A stretch of DNA of 64,000 nt from Octopus sinensis (taxonomy: Eukaryota), in NCBI RefSeq assembly GCF_006345805.1, contig NC_043002.1:372001-436000 (forward strand). Direction: 5' to 3'. A model generated the notes under the pieces. It searched no databases and was not told the origin of the DNA. It saw only the letters and a program-made list of their open reading frames with translations. Position numbers and translations under genes: made by a program. Of this stretch, positions 33,345 to 46,230 are shown one piece after another. Within the stretch, counting starts at the first letter, position 1, and every line of letters begins with the position of its first letter.

Positions 33345-36300
33345 GATAGATAGATAGATAGATAAGTTTCTTTATTGGCCACACAGAGCTGCACACAGAT
33401 GGGACAAATTACAAGGTAGAGCTTTTCTTTCGGGGATGAAAAAAAAAAAAGTGGCATAGGTTTTTGATCAAAAGGGATCGTAAAAGGGAAAAAAGAAACA
33501 AAGAAAAAGGAAAAGAAACAAAAGAAAAGGAAGAAAAAAGAGGAAAAAAGAGGAAGAGGAAAAAAAAACGATCAACAGGGATCAACTCTGGAGATGTGAA
33601 TACTATACTCCAGAGTATCCTGGACTCAATATGGGCAGCATGTGCAGCATCAGTGCCACGTAAACAAAAAAAGAAGAACCGCCCCAAAAGGGCAATTTGG
33701 GAAACTTCAGCGGTCCAACTTGCCAGGAAGGAACGTCGGACTGCTGAACGGGAATACAAGTTGCATAAATCAGACACCAACAGGAAGAAGCGGAATAAAT
33801 CCTCCAACCATCTCAAGCAAGTGACAAAAAAAGCAGTGCTTGAATTTGAACAGTGCATAGCAGCCAATCCTGACAGCAAAGTTTTCTGGAAATATGTGCA
33901 CTCAAAGCAGAGACCTCACTCTCCAGTGGGCCCTCTTCGCAACCCTCACACAAGCCAGATCACTGACGATCCCAAGGAATGCGTAGAACTCATTGCCGAG
34001 TGCTATGCAAGCATATTCACTGTTGAAAATCAAAGTGTACCATCTTCACCATCTCTAACAGCAAATTCCATAACAACTATGCAATTTACACCTGCAATGC
34101 TGCGACGTCACCTTCAAAATAAGCGCAACTATGCCTCCCCTGGTCTCGATGGAGTTACATACCTGCTTCTCAAACGTGACAGGTACTTCCTTTTACACCA
34201 GCTTTCTATTTTCTTCCAGTACTGTCTCAACAATGGTGCTACTCTGGAGCAGTGGAAAACCGCCAGTGTCATTCCTCTGTTCAAAAAGGGCGACCGCACA
34301 TCACCTGTCAACTATCGCCCAGTCAGTCTCACTAGCTGTATTGCAAAACTGATGGAATCGTGTGTCAGAGAAACACTCTGGAACTTCTGGAGCTCTCACA
34401 GTCTCATCCGACCCTCACAATATGGATTTGTCCCTAACTCCAGCTGCAGTGATCAGCTTGTCGAGTTCCTTGAGGACATTACTCAGATCACTGACAGTGG
34501 CTCATGGGTGGATGTTGTCTACCTTGACTTTGCTAAGGCTTTCAACTCTGTGCCATACAAAAGGCTTATGGTGAAACTCTCTGCAATGGGTGTGGGGGAT
34601 GACCTTTTTAACTGGTTGAAATCCTTCATCCTCAGCTGAAAGGAGGTAGTCACAGTTCTAGGACAGCATTCTACACCATATGAGATGTCATCGGGTGTAC
34701 CACAGGGATCTGTCCTTGGTCCCCTCTTGTTTGTGGCATACATTAATGACATAGATGCCAATTTAAAGAATGCCACAGTATTGAAATATGCAGACGACAT
34801 CAAGCTGTACCTTGAAATCAAGAGGACAGATCCTGATGTCTACAACTCTTTCCTGCAATCAGACCTAGACACAATGCAGCAATGGATCACAGACTGGCAA
34901 CTGAAACTGGCTGTGGACAAGTGTACCACCATGCATTTTGGGAGAAAAACCCTGCGTCCACATACTCCCTCCACAACACTGATATCAAGAAATCCTCTTG
35001 CGAGCGTGACCTAGGCATCACTGTCAGCAGTGATTTGCGTTGGACAAAGCATATCTCTAAAATTGTCAAGAAGGCCGAGGGTGTCTTGGCATCACTCAGC
35101 AAGACTTTTGTTAGCCGCTCTCCAGCCATCTATTTAAAACTGTATACAGCTATGGTAAGACCACACTTGGAATTCGCATCATCAGTTTGGAACCCCTATC
35201 TTGCTCAGAACATTGACCTCCTGGAATCTGTCCAGAGACGTGCAACCAAACGCATACCCTCCATCAGACACCTACCATATTCTGAGCGCCTTGTTTCCCT
35301 GGGTATGGATTCACTGAAGCTCCGGCGTCTGGCGACGGACTTGGTAAACACCCACAAAGTTATCAACCACCTCACCAACAACAACACTGAACACCTTTTT
35401 GATCTCCATGTGTCTAACACATGTGGACATGCCTACAAAGTCAGAAAACAACACAGCTCCCATGACTTTCGGAAACATTTTTTCACGCTTAGAGTTGCTG
35501 AAGCATGGAATAAACTGCCTGCGTCAGTTGTTGACTGCCATGACACTGCATCCTTTAAGGCCCTCATGCTTTCCGAAATCCGCCGAAACTACACCTGATT
35601 ATATATGCACTTTAGATGAGTTGTAGTGCACCTGAGCACTGTACACAATTATTATTATTATTATTATTATTATCACAGTGTCATGATGTACGGTGTAAAG
35701 GGGGAAGCAGATAAGGTTTATCTGTGGGTAGAAAAGCCTACGAAAAAGACCACAGTAACCTCGGTCAATATTGTTATATGTTACCACATTTGTTTGCAAG
35801 TGGGTAACTCTCTGTTTTCAATTTCTGGGTTCATAGGATTATGCTCAAGGTGGCTTCATCATTCATACATGCCATCCTTGCTACATTCACCCATCTTTTT
35901 TTAAAACATTCGCTAGACAAAACTTGCCTCTCTACTCTCACTTTCCTTTTCAAGTGGTACTTGAAGAAGTTGATGAGAGATTGACCAGAGAGGAAAGTGT
36001 TTGTCTCCAATCCTTTCAGACGCATCCACCAGATACATTCTTTCGCCATAGCCACAAGGATGATGAAAATAGCTCTTCCTTCCCGTTTGAAGGAAGGAGG
36101 CGTGACAATATTGACGATAGACTCAGCTGATAAACTGACTCGTCCCACACATGACAGCAGTTGTTCGATATAAGCCCACGGGTTGGAAATTATTGGACAC
36201 TGCACGAGTGCGTGCATCTCGGGCAGGTCGGCCCAGTGTTTCTCAAGCCGTGTCTGTAGAGCTTATCCCGAACGGGTAGCGCTTCTCAGTAGCACTGCCA

Positions 36301-36638
36301 GGCCAGGGATCTCTGGAAGTTGTCCATGGGCCCTGGCCCGAAAGTCGTCCCGAACAGGCGGGTCAGGTATTCCTCATCGATGTCCAGGTTCGCCCCGAGC
36401 TCGTCGTCGTACCTCCCCTCCACTAATCCCCTATAGAATGCTTGGGTTGTGACGGAGTCACTCAAGGTCGACCCGGGACGGCAGAGTTGCTTGAGAGCAA
36501 CGCGACACTCGCGGTGCCATTTGCCCTTCCTCGGCCTCTTTTTGATCCACGACTGCAGTTCGGTCATGGAGACGAGCTGTAGGAAAGCATTCCTCACAAA
36601 CGGCGACCACACCTGTTCACCGTCGTCTACGAAGAGCC
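33345..36638 (-). mobile_element. 5'-truncated Tx1/L1-like LINE (ORF2 C-terminus with zf-RVT region and 3' UTR), split by a CR1 insertion
   Basis: FQRSLAWQCY..ALPVRDKLY, C-x2-C region, MAKECIWW and FKKRWV at 35831-36638. The pyrimidine-rich UTR ends gtggccAATAAAgaaa-(TATC)n at 33345-33570. Confidence 0.75.
33575..35671 (+). mobile_element. 5'-truncated CR1-clade LINE (RT, few lesions)
   Basis: YRPVSLTS, YLDFAKAFNSV, SGVPQGSVLGPLLF, YADD, ERDLGI, VRPHLEF, QRRATK and FFTLRVAEAWNKLP; (ATT)n tail; ATCA at both junctions. Confidence 0.92.
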
Positions 36639-39600
36639 TGAGATGTTGCAGTGGATTCTTGCACGTTGGCAGAGGGAATTATCTGTTTCACCAATGTAAT
36701 TTTCTTTGCAGTTTGGGCAGGTAATGCAGTATATAAGGCTTTGCATTTTGCAGTTCATATCTGCATTTATTGCGAAAAGGGATCTGCTCTTGAATTTTAT
36801 GTGGGAACCACTTTCCAAGCATTTGAAGTTGTTGATATTATTGTATGTTTCACAACTCCTACCTCCACATTCTTTTACTAAGAATTCTGATTCATTCTCT
36901 GATTTGAATTCAAGATTTTTTGGTTGGCGTCTGCTATTCCATAAGGTGTTTTTTCAATCAGAGTTTTCATTTCGGAGTTTTGAAGGAGTATAGGTAAGTT
37001 CAATTTCATGGCGTGAAAGATGTTGGTTATTCTAGGATTGTGTGTGTTAATGAACGGAATTGTGCTTTCATTAACTTTTTCCTTAGGTGTTCATAGTTGG
37101 ATGATGTTCAGTTTCATCGTCTTTCTAATTCCCTCATTAACCCTTTCGTTACCAAACCGCCCAAAGCCGCCCGAAAAAAATTTTGGTTTATGAAACCAAA
37201 CCGCCCAAAGCCGCCCGAATTTACCTATTCATATTTAAATGAGAATATCAGAGCAAATCTCTTCAGTACATTCGTGAAAACACGTATTATACTTCGTAAA
37301 CAGTTCAACTACAGTTTTGTACAATAATCGAAGTGTAATTTTAATTCCGTGAATTTTGGGAGATTTTTTTCCGAAATTTGTTCCTATTGTGTTTTCAAAA
37401 TTTGTAATTCTGACAAAAAAATGGATACGAATTTCATTATATCAAGCAGCGAGTCAGAATTCGAAGGATTTTCTACTGAAGACCTTCATAAATCTAACTC
37501 ATGACTGAAAAAAAAAAGCACATGGTATTTGATAATGAATTTGATGTTTCATTTTCCGAAAGTGAAAACAGTGAATCTGAGATCTCCGATAGCGATAAAG
37601 AAAACGAATTGGCACCTGAATGGAGTGAAAATTTAAAAACCGTTTCTTTCGGTGATTTTTCTGAAGAAACTAGTCCAAGCCACAGACTTTCCCAGGAGAG
37701 TAAAGCCTTATATATTTCTTTTTACTTTTTCGAATGAGCCCATTTGAAATCGTTACGCTAAACGTAAACAAAGCGAAAGAAAGGATAGTTTGTTATTTCC
37801 CACAACCTTAAATGAAATTAAGGCCTATTTTGCCATAAATATTATTATGGGTATCAGAAAGTTACCCAGAATAACAAATTCTATCGTAAAATTTTGTTGT
37901 ATACCCAATTGAATATTAGCTAATAACCCATTTTCTATAGCGATGTTTGAACAAAATTTTAATAATTTTATATTTTGTGGAATTTACCTGTATCTACCTG
38001 CAAATAGAGTCACTTTGTGACAAAAATTATAGTATAGAATTGGTTGAGAATATTTCATTAAATTATCTTCCAAAAATCAGATCAATATATCGATAAATAA
38101 AAAAGTTGTAGTTGTTTAATGAAACCAGACTAAATTTATGATTACGTTAGAAATTAATTGAAACACATAAGGGGTGTAATTTGGTCAGAAATATAGTAAC
38201 GAAAGGGTTAATTAATCCTAAGGGGTATTTCTGCATTGTGAGGAAGCCTTTGAGTTCGTTGAGTCAGATTTCATATATTTTGGGGTCCGTCACTCTAGCA
38301 CAGAAGCGTCTTGCCATGCTGTATGGGATGTTTCTTTTGATGTGTGATGGATGGCAGGAGCAGAAATTTAAATATTGATCTGTGTCAGTTTTTATCTAAA
38401 ATATGTGTTGTGACTGTGGAGTTCTGTATTTTTATGTGGATATCCAGGAATGGTAGTTCATTGCAACTGGATTCAGTCGTGAATTTGATGGATGGGTGAA
38501 GTGTGTTCAGTATACTGTTAAATATAATTAGATCTTCATTCGATTTGTCTCAGAAGATGAAGCTATCATCAAAGAAGCATTTCCACTTCTTAATGATATA
38601 TTTCTTGTATTCCTTATCAAAAGCTTTTTCTACTTCCTTATAAAGATTTTCTTGCAAGTATCCCATAACTAAGTCTGCACATGAGGGCGCAAACTGCATA
38701 CCCATAGCCGTGCCATTTAAATATTGATATGTTTTATTGTTGAATCTAAAGGTATTTTCCTCTAGTACTGGGCATGTGGCCTTGGTGATGAAGTCAGTTC
38801 TGAAGCGTTCATTTATATGTTCCCTATGTTTCTCTACCCAGTGTTTGATTGCTTCTACGCCTAAAGTGTGAAGTATATTAGTATAGAGATTGGTGACATC
38901 AAAACTTGTGAGTATAGTACTTTCTACAACAGTGGGAGGGACATGCTGGATGAAATCTAAGCCATACCATACATAACTGGGTATCAAAGGGCACAACGGT
39001 TTTAGGAGTATATCTAAAAAATGACTTAGTTGTTGTGTTTGTGCTTGAGGTCCAGCAACTATTGGCCTTAGTTTGAGGTCAGCAGGCCTTAGTATTTTTA
39101 CATACTGGTTCTTCTGCTTATTTATGGCACTTTGTATTGTGGAGCTTTTGTGGATTTTGAGTAATCTGTAGAAATTACTCTCTTTGATTACAGAGTTGCA
39201 TATATATAGCCTTTCTCCTTGTCTGTGAAGGAATCTTGCAATTCATTGATTAGTCTTCTGATTTTATTATCGTTTTTTTCTGGGTGTCTTGGTTCTTCCT
39301 TGCTGTAGGTTTGGTTCGTTAACATTTCCAATATTTTATCTTTATAAGAGTCCTTGTCTACTATCACCCCTCTCTTATCAGCTTCTTTTAGGATGATTGA
39401 GTTGTCATTCTTCAGTGTTTGTAAGGCTTCCTTTTCTTCTTCACAAAGGTTTTGTTTGCATCTGTTGGTTTTTAGGGGAAATCTTAAAATCGTGTCTATA
39501 TACACATCTAAATATTTGTTTATCCTTTCCCTTGTAGGAGGTGAAGTGGGATTTATTTCTGACTATTGATTCATCATTTTAATCTTTATTGCTGAAGAAT

Positions 39601-41120
39601 TCTATAAGTCGGAGGTGACAGTTGAAGTGTTCAATATCAGATTTCAGTTCAATGAGATCAGGGGTGGGTGTCAGGGTAAACTCGAAACCTTTTAATAGGA
39701 GGTTCATCTCATTCTTGTTGAGGCTCCTAATTGACAAATCTATGATCTTCGGGTCTATATGCTGTGTGTGTTTAATTAAATTTTGTGTATTATCAGGTCT
39801 GGTGCAGGGTTTTGGTATTTTCTCCCTAAAAAAAGAATTGTGTTACCATATCTCCAATTTCTGATCTTGGCATTCTGGTTTCCATGTAGGCAGGAGGATG
39901 GTTCATATCTTTTATATGAATTCCATACGAGTTTCGGTTCCTTCCCATCTTCCATGCTTTTTTCGCCATCCTGGATATATGGGATTTTTGGTCGTAAATC
40001 ATGTGTTGCTTGAGTTATCATGATGATTATTATTCCTATTATAGTACCTCTGCTGTCTGTATTTTACTTGTCTTTCTTCCCATGTATTCATCCATCCGGG
40101 GTACATGTTATTACGGGTCGGTGGTTGTCTGTATGTTATGTGTCTTTCATGTCTTTTCCCCCCTTCTATTTATCCATCTATGCTGTTTGGACTTATGGGT
40201 TGATGGTTGTCTTCTATATTTCATTTGTTGGCTATTTGCAGTGTTATGTATCGTAGAATATGGGTTTCTAGTCTGTACTTGGGGTGAGATGGAGGTCATT
40301 TCCACCTCAGTCCGGTTCCTCTGGGGTTAGTGTCCATGTTTGTTTTCCATTTCCTCCTATTTCTTTGTTGTTGTGGTTTCATTTTCATAATGGATTTGTC
40401 TCCAGAGTCTTTTTTCATTGAACCACTCTTGTTGTTTTCCCCACATTTTTATCGATTTTTCTTCTTCCTGCTTTCTGTTTTCTTTCCATAGTTTTTGCAG
40501 GTTTCCATTGACATTGATTGTCGCTCCGCTCAGCAATTTCAGCAAACATAATTGTGTCAATATTTTTCACTTTTTCTTCATGTCTTGTTTCTCCCGATTA
40601 TAGAAAAGCGATTTCTGTTTCCAGTCAGCACAGAGCTAAATTCGCACATATCCTTATCTCTTCCAGTGATCCATTTCTTATTTCACTAATAAGAAATTTT
40701 CTGGGCAGGATTGGGCTTTCATTACTTCGCCAATTCTGGTTGGTGTTTGCTATATTGTTGCATCGAATGCTCTTCCAAAATACATGTTTCTTTTGACTCA
40801 GGAGTTTCTTCTAGAGATGTGGTTTCAAGTGAGTTTCTTCTTACTACTTTCTTGTTGTTTGTCTCTCTGTTGTTGGAGCACCTTCTGTATGGGTATCATT
40901 TACAGTTCTATCTAGATTCGTGAAGATTGCCTCCAGTCTTGAAATAAGTAAATTTAACTTATTAGACATTTCTGTGAAAAGTTCTTTTGTATTTTTGGTG
41001 TTTCTCAGCTGCGAGTTTGATTGTGTTCCTTTCATTCTGGTATCTTGTACATCTGAGGAGATATATATCCGAGGAGTGTTAGGTGTGATGTACAGAATTG
41101 AATATTGAGAAAAAAAAGTC
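36639..41120 (-). mobile_element. Penelope-like element (RT plus GIY-YIG endonuclease), degenerate
   Basis: LKEADK, SFDVTNLYTNI, GTAMGMQFAPSCADLVMG, FFDD and LIYCITCPNCKENYIGET...RARIH. Confidence 0.88.
37141..38207 (+). mobile_element. piggyBac internal-deletion derivative inserted in the Penelope RT
   Basis: TTAA TSD on both sides, 12-bp TIR CCCTTTCGTTAC, acidic N-terminus plus NEIKAYFAINIIMGIRKLP transposase remnant. Removing it restores KYPLGLINEGIRK in the PLE frame. Confidence 0.9.
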
Positions 41121-41140
41121 GTCAGAATTTTGGGAAAAAA

Positions 41141-41640
41141 TCCTTTTATTTCTTCATTAACGCTTTCGTTCCCTTCTACAACTTGTCAAATACAATTTTG
41201 TGAATGTACAAACATCTTGTTCATTTATATAATACAAATGTTTTTTGGGGGTTTTATTTAAAAGGGAACATTGTTTTTGTTTTTTGGGGTGAAGTTCCAA
41301 GACAATATGCGGCGAAGGAAAATTCAAAATTTTTCCCTTTTACAAATGTGCAGGGGACAATCTGCAATACCAAAAAGCAGTGGAACTACATCTCATCAAC
41401 TAAAAATCCTCTCTAAAGTTGAATGTTTGAAAGAAAAGCAGAGAGAGTACGATTTGTAAATGTTATACTAATGTTCTCTGATGAAAAATCGTGGAATTGA
41501 AAGAGGCGTGATCGAAGTTGCACAATACAAACATGGACATGTTCTCAACCACACACACATACACTTCATCAAGGAATCCTCCCTAAAATTGAATGTTTGA
41601 AGGTAAAGTGGAGAATTTGAATTCTTTATTCCAAATGTGG
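41141..41640 (+). mobile_element. Penelope-type endonuclease C-terminus/terminal repeat, inverted relative to the adjacent PLE
   Basis: CGEGKFKIFPFYK...ELHLIN*KSSLKLN at about 41308-41430; the first 170 bp resemble 33161-33290. Confidence 0.5.
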
Positions 41641-42145
41641 CTCATCTCTACAAATGTTCAAATATATATGTGTAGCATTGGGATGTTCTAGCTTTACGTT
41701 TATATATGTATGTACATGTATATGTGTATATGTGTGTGTGTATGTATGTGTGTGTGTGTGTGTGTATGTATCTCTTATTATAAAAGGCAGATTTTATCTG
41801 CCTCCCTTTGGGAGTTATACAAATCTACAATATAGCATTTCTTCAATTACAATTTACCTAGCAATTTTAAGAGTACAATGCATCGCGTCATGCCAGGTCC
41901 AGTTTTTAAAATTTAAACTCCAATTAAGCAAAATTTACAGAAAACTTACATTCTGGTGTGTGTGTCAAATGCTTTTCTTAGTCTGGTTTACACCACACGC
42001 AAACGCACACACACAGTGGGCAACGAATAAAATGAAAGTAAATTCACTTACTGTAGTGAGTGATTCTTTCACTCTGCCTCCCACTTCCTCTTTCCACACA
42101 TAGACACGCAAATATATAAATAAAATTGTAAGCTAACGTGCGTGT

Positions 42146-42178
<33 letters not shown>

Positions 42179-42284
42179 CACGTGTGTGTGTGTGTTAGGG
42201 TGCGTGTGTGCGTGCATGTGCGTGAGTGTGTGACAGGAAAGTTTTTTACGACGAATATAACACCTATATCCAAGTAGCAGAAAG

Positions 42285-42545
42285 ATAAGACAGTAAGGTG
42301 ATTTGAGGGAAATTTGGCTGCTATTTCTACCATGTCTAGCTGCCATGTAGGGGTCTCCCTCATAGGCTCATACATACATATATACATAGATAAGACAGTA
42401 AGGTGTGATTTGGGGGAAATTTGGCTGCTATTTCTACCAGGTCTAGCTACCATGTAGAGGTCCCCCTCATTGGCTCATATATATATACATACATAAGACA
42501 GTAAGGTGTGATTTGAGGGAGATTTGGCTGCTGTTTCTACCAGGT
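42285..42545. repeat. Three tandem about 105-bp units
   Basis: ataagacagtaaggtg(tg)atttg(a/g)gg..atttggctgct.tttctacca recurs three times. Confidence 0.8.
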
Positions 42546-42911
42546 CTGTTAGGCCTTCTCATGTAAACTCAAGCTTTCTCATGCCTTGAACATAAGACCA
42601 AAGCAGAGAATGTATTCTTTTATTCTCTGCTTTTTCCAGCCATTGGTCTGTGGCCATGCTGGGGCAATGCCTTGAAGAATTGTAGTTTAATGAATCAATT
42701 CCAGTTTTATTTTTGTAAGCATTGTACTTATTCTATCTGTTTCCTTTGTCAAACCACTAGGTGACAGGGATGTAAACAAACCAACATTCGTTGTCAAGCA
42801 GTGGTGGAGGACAATCACAAGCACAGACACGCACACACACACACATACATGCATACACATATACACACATACATACATACATACATATATATATATGTGT
42901 GTATATATATA

Positions 42912-43170
42912 TTGCAGCGTGGAAGGTGTTTGTAAGCCATTTAAGAAACACACAAAAACCGTTACATTCACTTCAACATTTAAATTTAATTTGCCAAAAT
43001 ATTTTCGTCGCTTTGAGACCGCCACCTGTTCACTGACAAAAATATCGTGCTAACAGGTCGCGGTCTCAAAGCGACGAAAATATTTTGACAAATTAAATTT
43101 AAATGTTGAAGTGAATCTAACGGTTTTTGTGTGTTTCTTAAATGGCTTATAAACACCTTCAACGCTGCAA
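42912..43170. repeat. Foldback/palindromic element with about 115-bp arms
   Basis: ttgcagcgtggaaggtgttt...gagaccgccacctgtt is mirrored by aacaggtcgcggtctc...aaacaccttcaacgctgcaa. Confidence 0.9.
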
Positions 43171-43332
43171 CTGTTTTCGTTCCAGCACACGATCTCAGAT
43201 CAAGTCACTTGCTATGCAAGTACATCTCTGTAACTATATATATATTTATATATATATATATATGTATATTGGTAAAAACAGTAAGATAACAAAAGAAAGA
43301 AAGAGACCTCAATATTATGTAAATAGAGGAAA

Positions 43333-43726
43333 TCTTTATATATAAAAGTGAGGTTGTGTGTCTGTCTCCTACGATTTAGATTCCTAACTAATCCCACATT
43401 TTGCGGTGCAGTTTAACCAAAACCGGGTATCTTATAGTCGTGATTCATATTGAGACCGTCTGGGTATTAGTGCGCGTCTACGATGAGTCTACGATTTAAA
43501 AAAAATTTACCATCAATTTTTCCCATTGTTAATCCATTTTTGACATATATAAGGGAAGTAACTCTCTAAAATTTATTATTAAATCTCAGAACGTAAAAAG
43601 CTACAGTAACACCCCTCCCCCTTTGTGGTTAGCCATATTGAGATGGCTATTATACTTTACATCTCTAAAAATGCTTATATAATTATTTCCCTTACAAACC
43701 CGAGCAACGCCGGGCGATACTGCTAG
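43333..43726 (+). mobile_element. Non-autonomous Helitron
   Basis: A|TC start; cccgagcaacgccggg hairpin plus CTAG|T end. Confidence 0.82.
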
Positions 43727-44140
43727 TATTATATATATGTAACCCTGTGCTCTTCAGAGATGACAATTATGGAATGATTGTTAAGATCAGCTGAAATAAA
43801 TAATACTGTACACTGATTAATATACCCACTTTCCTGATAGATATACAAGTGCATTTTCCTGACTAAACAAACAAAAAAAATTCTGGATAAACAAGTAAAA
43901 AAAAATCACTTGTCAGTTCCTCAATATTCTAGCTTTTTGAAGTATGGAGCTGTAAATTATCATGGCATTTGGTTGGTCCAAGGTAGACTAAGCAACATAT
44001 ACAACTCAGTGCCTGTGATAAAGTACTAACGAAGGATATTTATATTTTCTTAAAGAAGTTTGATGACACCTTATCTAAAATTATGTCATTATAATGCTAT
44101 AGCCTTTACAATAAATCTAAAGAACAAAAAGTTAACTAAC

Positions 44141-44263
44141 CTCATCATGGAACATCCTCTCTTCTTCATCTTCGGTCATCTTTTTCAGAGCTTTCATACT
44201 CAACTGTTCTTCATTCATCTTTTGAAGTTCAAGCCTTTGTCGTAATTTCTTTTCCAAGGCAGC
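44141..44263 (-). CDS. MNS1: MNS1 coding exon (123 nt)
   Basis: ttacAG / GTtagt. Encodes AALEKKLRQRLELQKMNEEQLSMKALKKMTEDEEERMFHDE. Phase 0/0, collinear with human EAEKKLRKQKEMKQDFEEQMALK. Confidence 0.9.
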
Positions 44264-44362
44264 CTGTAAGAAATGTTAGAGGATCTGATCATTTTGATTT
44301 TAGGTATGATACCATTCTACATTGAAGTGGCTGGCAAAACAATAATCTTTACTTTAGAATAA

Positions 44363-46230
44363 CACTGGGCAATAAAAAAATTTCTTTTCGCTGATGCCTG
44401 CAATATTTCAATGAATTTATAAGTTATTTTGTCTGCTATATTCAAAAATAACTTCAGTTTTTCTCTATCAGGTCTAAGTTTTCTGACTAGAACTGATAGA
44501 GTACTTTATTCATACAAGAGGCATATAATATGAGTGTAACACAAAAAGTACAAATAAAAATTCAAAATTGAAAATGCACATTGTCAAAGATTTTTGGCAG
44601 AAAATTCAAGGAATAAATTTATGCATCCTTGTGCACCATGAATGTTGAGCAACAGGAGTATCTCATTTCAAACAGCAGCATTAGTTTGCCATCATCATGG
44701 CTTCCCAACGTCCTTGGTACTGAGTTCCCTTGATGTCCTGATGGAATCTTTCACTTTGTTCATCGCTAACATCTCTGAGATTTTTCAGGAAAACAATCAA
44801 GATGACTGAAAAGATAATGTATTTTGAGGCTCATATTCGAGCCAATATCACGAAAAGTTGATATCAAGTTGGTAACAAGATATTTATAGTTTTCCCTTTT
44901 GTTTTTCCCAAGGAAATTTCTGCAAAAGCTTGCCAAGCTGATGCTCCATTTTCACTCATTGCTTTCACGAAATTTGTGTCCTTCAAGAGATTATGAATCT
45001 GTGGTCCATCAATAATCCCTGCTTTCAGTTTTTCAATCATCAAGTCTGGAAATACACGGCAGATAGACTTGACGCTCTCCCCATTTTTGTCAAGAGCTTT
45101 GACGAATTGTTTGATCAATCCAAGTTTAATGTGCAAAAGGGGTGGAAATGATCTTATCTCGCTCAACTAAAGGTTCTCCCAATATATTGGCAGCTCTGTA
45201 TGGAGCCATATTTGTTCAAGGAGGTTAGTCTTTCTTAACAGTGGTTTACTTGGTCTCTACTGTCCCACATGCAAAGAAAGCATGGGTATTTGGTATAACC
45301 AAGATTGCTGTCCTATGAGAAAATCCACCACCTCTAAGTCAATGCAGATGGCACATTTATGACCACGATACAGTATCTTCTTTAAAATCAACTGAATTTC
45401 TTCATATTTTTCCTTCAGAGTTATTGAGTGGCCAAGTGGGACAGAGCCATACACATTTCTGTGGTGCATCAATACATGTTTTAAACTAGACTTAGAGCTG
45501 TCTATGAAAAGATGCCATTCTTCTGGTTTGTATTCCTCAATGCCAAGTTTATTAAGAAGCCCACTGACATCTCTGCAGTAAAGCAGCTCTTCCTCTTTTG
45601 TGAAGAGAGAAAGGAACTCTTCATGCCGACTCCGATAAAAGGTTGTACAAAAACTGTTCTCTAGAAAATTCTTCTCTTTCAGTCAGGAAGCCAACAGTTC
45701 TGCAGAATTTTTTGAGTGGTTCAAGTCACAAACTAGATCATTCAACTGTACCTGGGAGAATAGCTGAGGTAAAGTCTCAACCGAAAAGTCTTGATTTCTA
45801 GTGTCATCTTTAGGTGATGAATTTTCTTTGGTTGACAGTAAAGTTATCTTTCACTGTGTGGAACTGGTCCAACAGCAGAGGCAAGATTAGGATAGACAAA
45901 AGCATTTGTCGATTTTTCCGGTTAATACTCTTCAATTATTTAAGTTACAAAAATAGCAGCCATCCACATGATTATAGGACTCCTGCCATACCACTTGGTA
46001 TAGCAAACCTCATACTTTACCTTTCCTTTTAGTCCATTGTCACAAATGTACCTTGTTTGCAGACACTATGTGGTGCCCAATATTTTTCTTGGTCTCCCAA
46101 CTTGACCCTAAAATATGCCATATATGCTCTTTCAACAAAATCCTTAGTATACAATCTCTGCAGAATTATTCTTTACGGATAAATCAGAAAACCAAAATTC
46201 CGAGAGTAATGTTCATTGACAACAATCAAT
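44363..46230 (-). mobile_element. Chapaev3-like (CMC) DNA transposon, degenerate, one end visible
   Basis: TAA|CACTGGGCAATAAAAAA terminus. Transposase motifs AYFRVKLGDQEKYWAPHIVC, NHVDGCYFC, PPLLHIKLGLIKQFVKAL and AGIIDGPQI. Confidence 0.7.

Noticed and set aside
33464-33574. Lys/Arg/Glu-rich N-terminus of the 391-aa ORF suggesting a novel fusion protein
   Set aside because: It is the antisense reading of the pyrimidine-rich Tx1-like 3' UTR fused by chance to a 5'-truncated CR1 ORF2.
41470-41520. Hammerhead-like CTGATGA...GAAA core in the Penelope terminal region (similar cores near 10523 and 52518)
   Set aside because: The position fits PLE hammerheads, but stems I and III do not pair properly. 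At most these are decayed relics; an Infernal/RNAmotif search would be needed.
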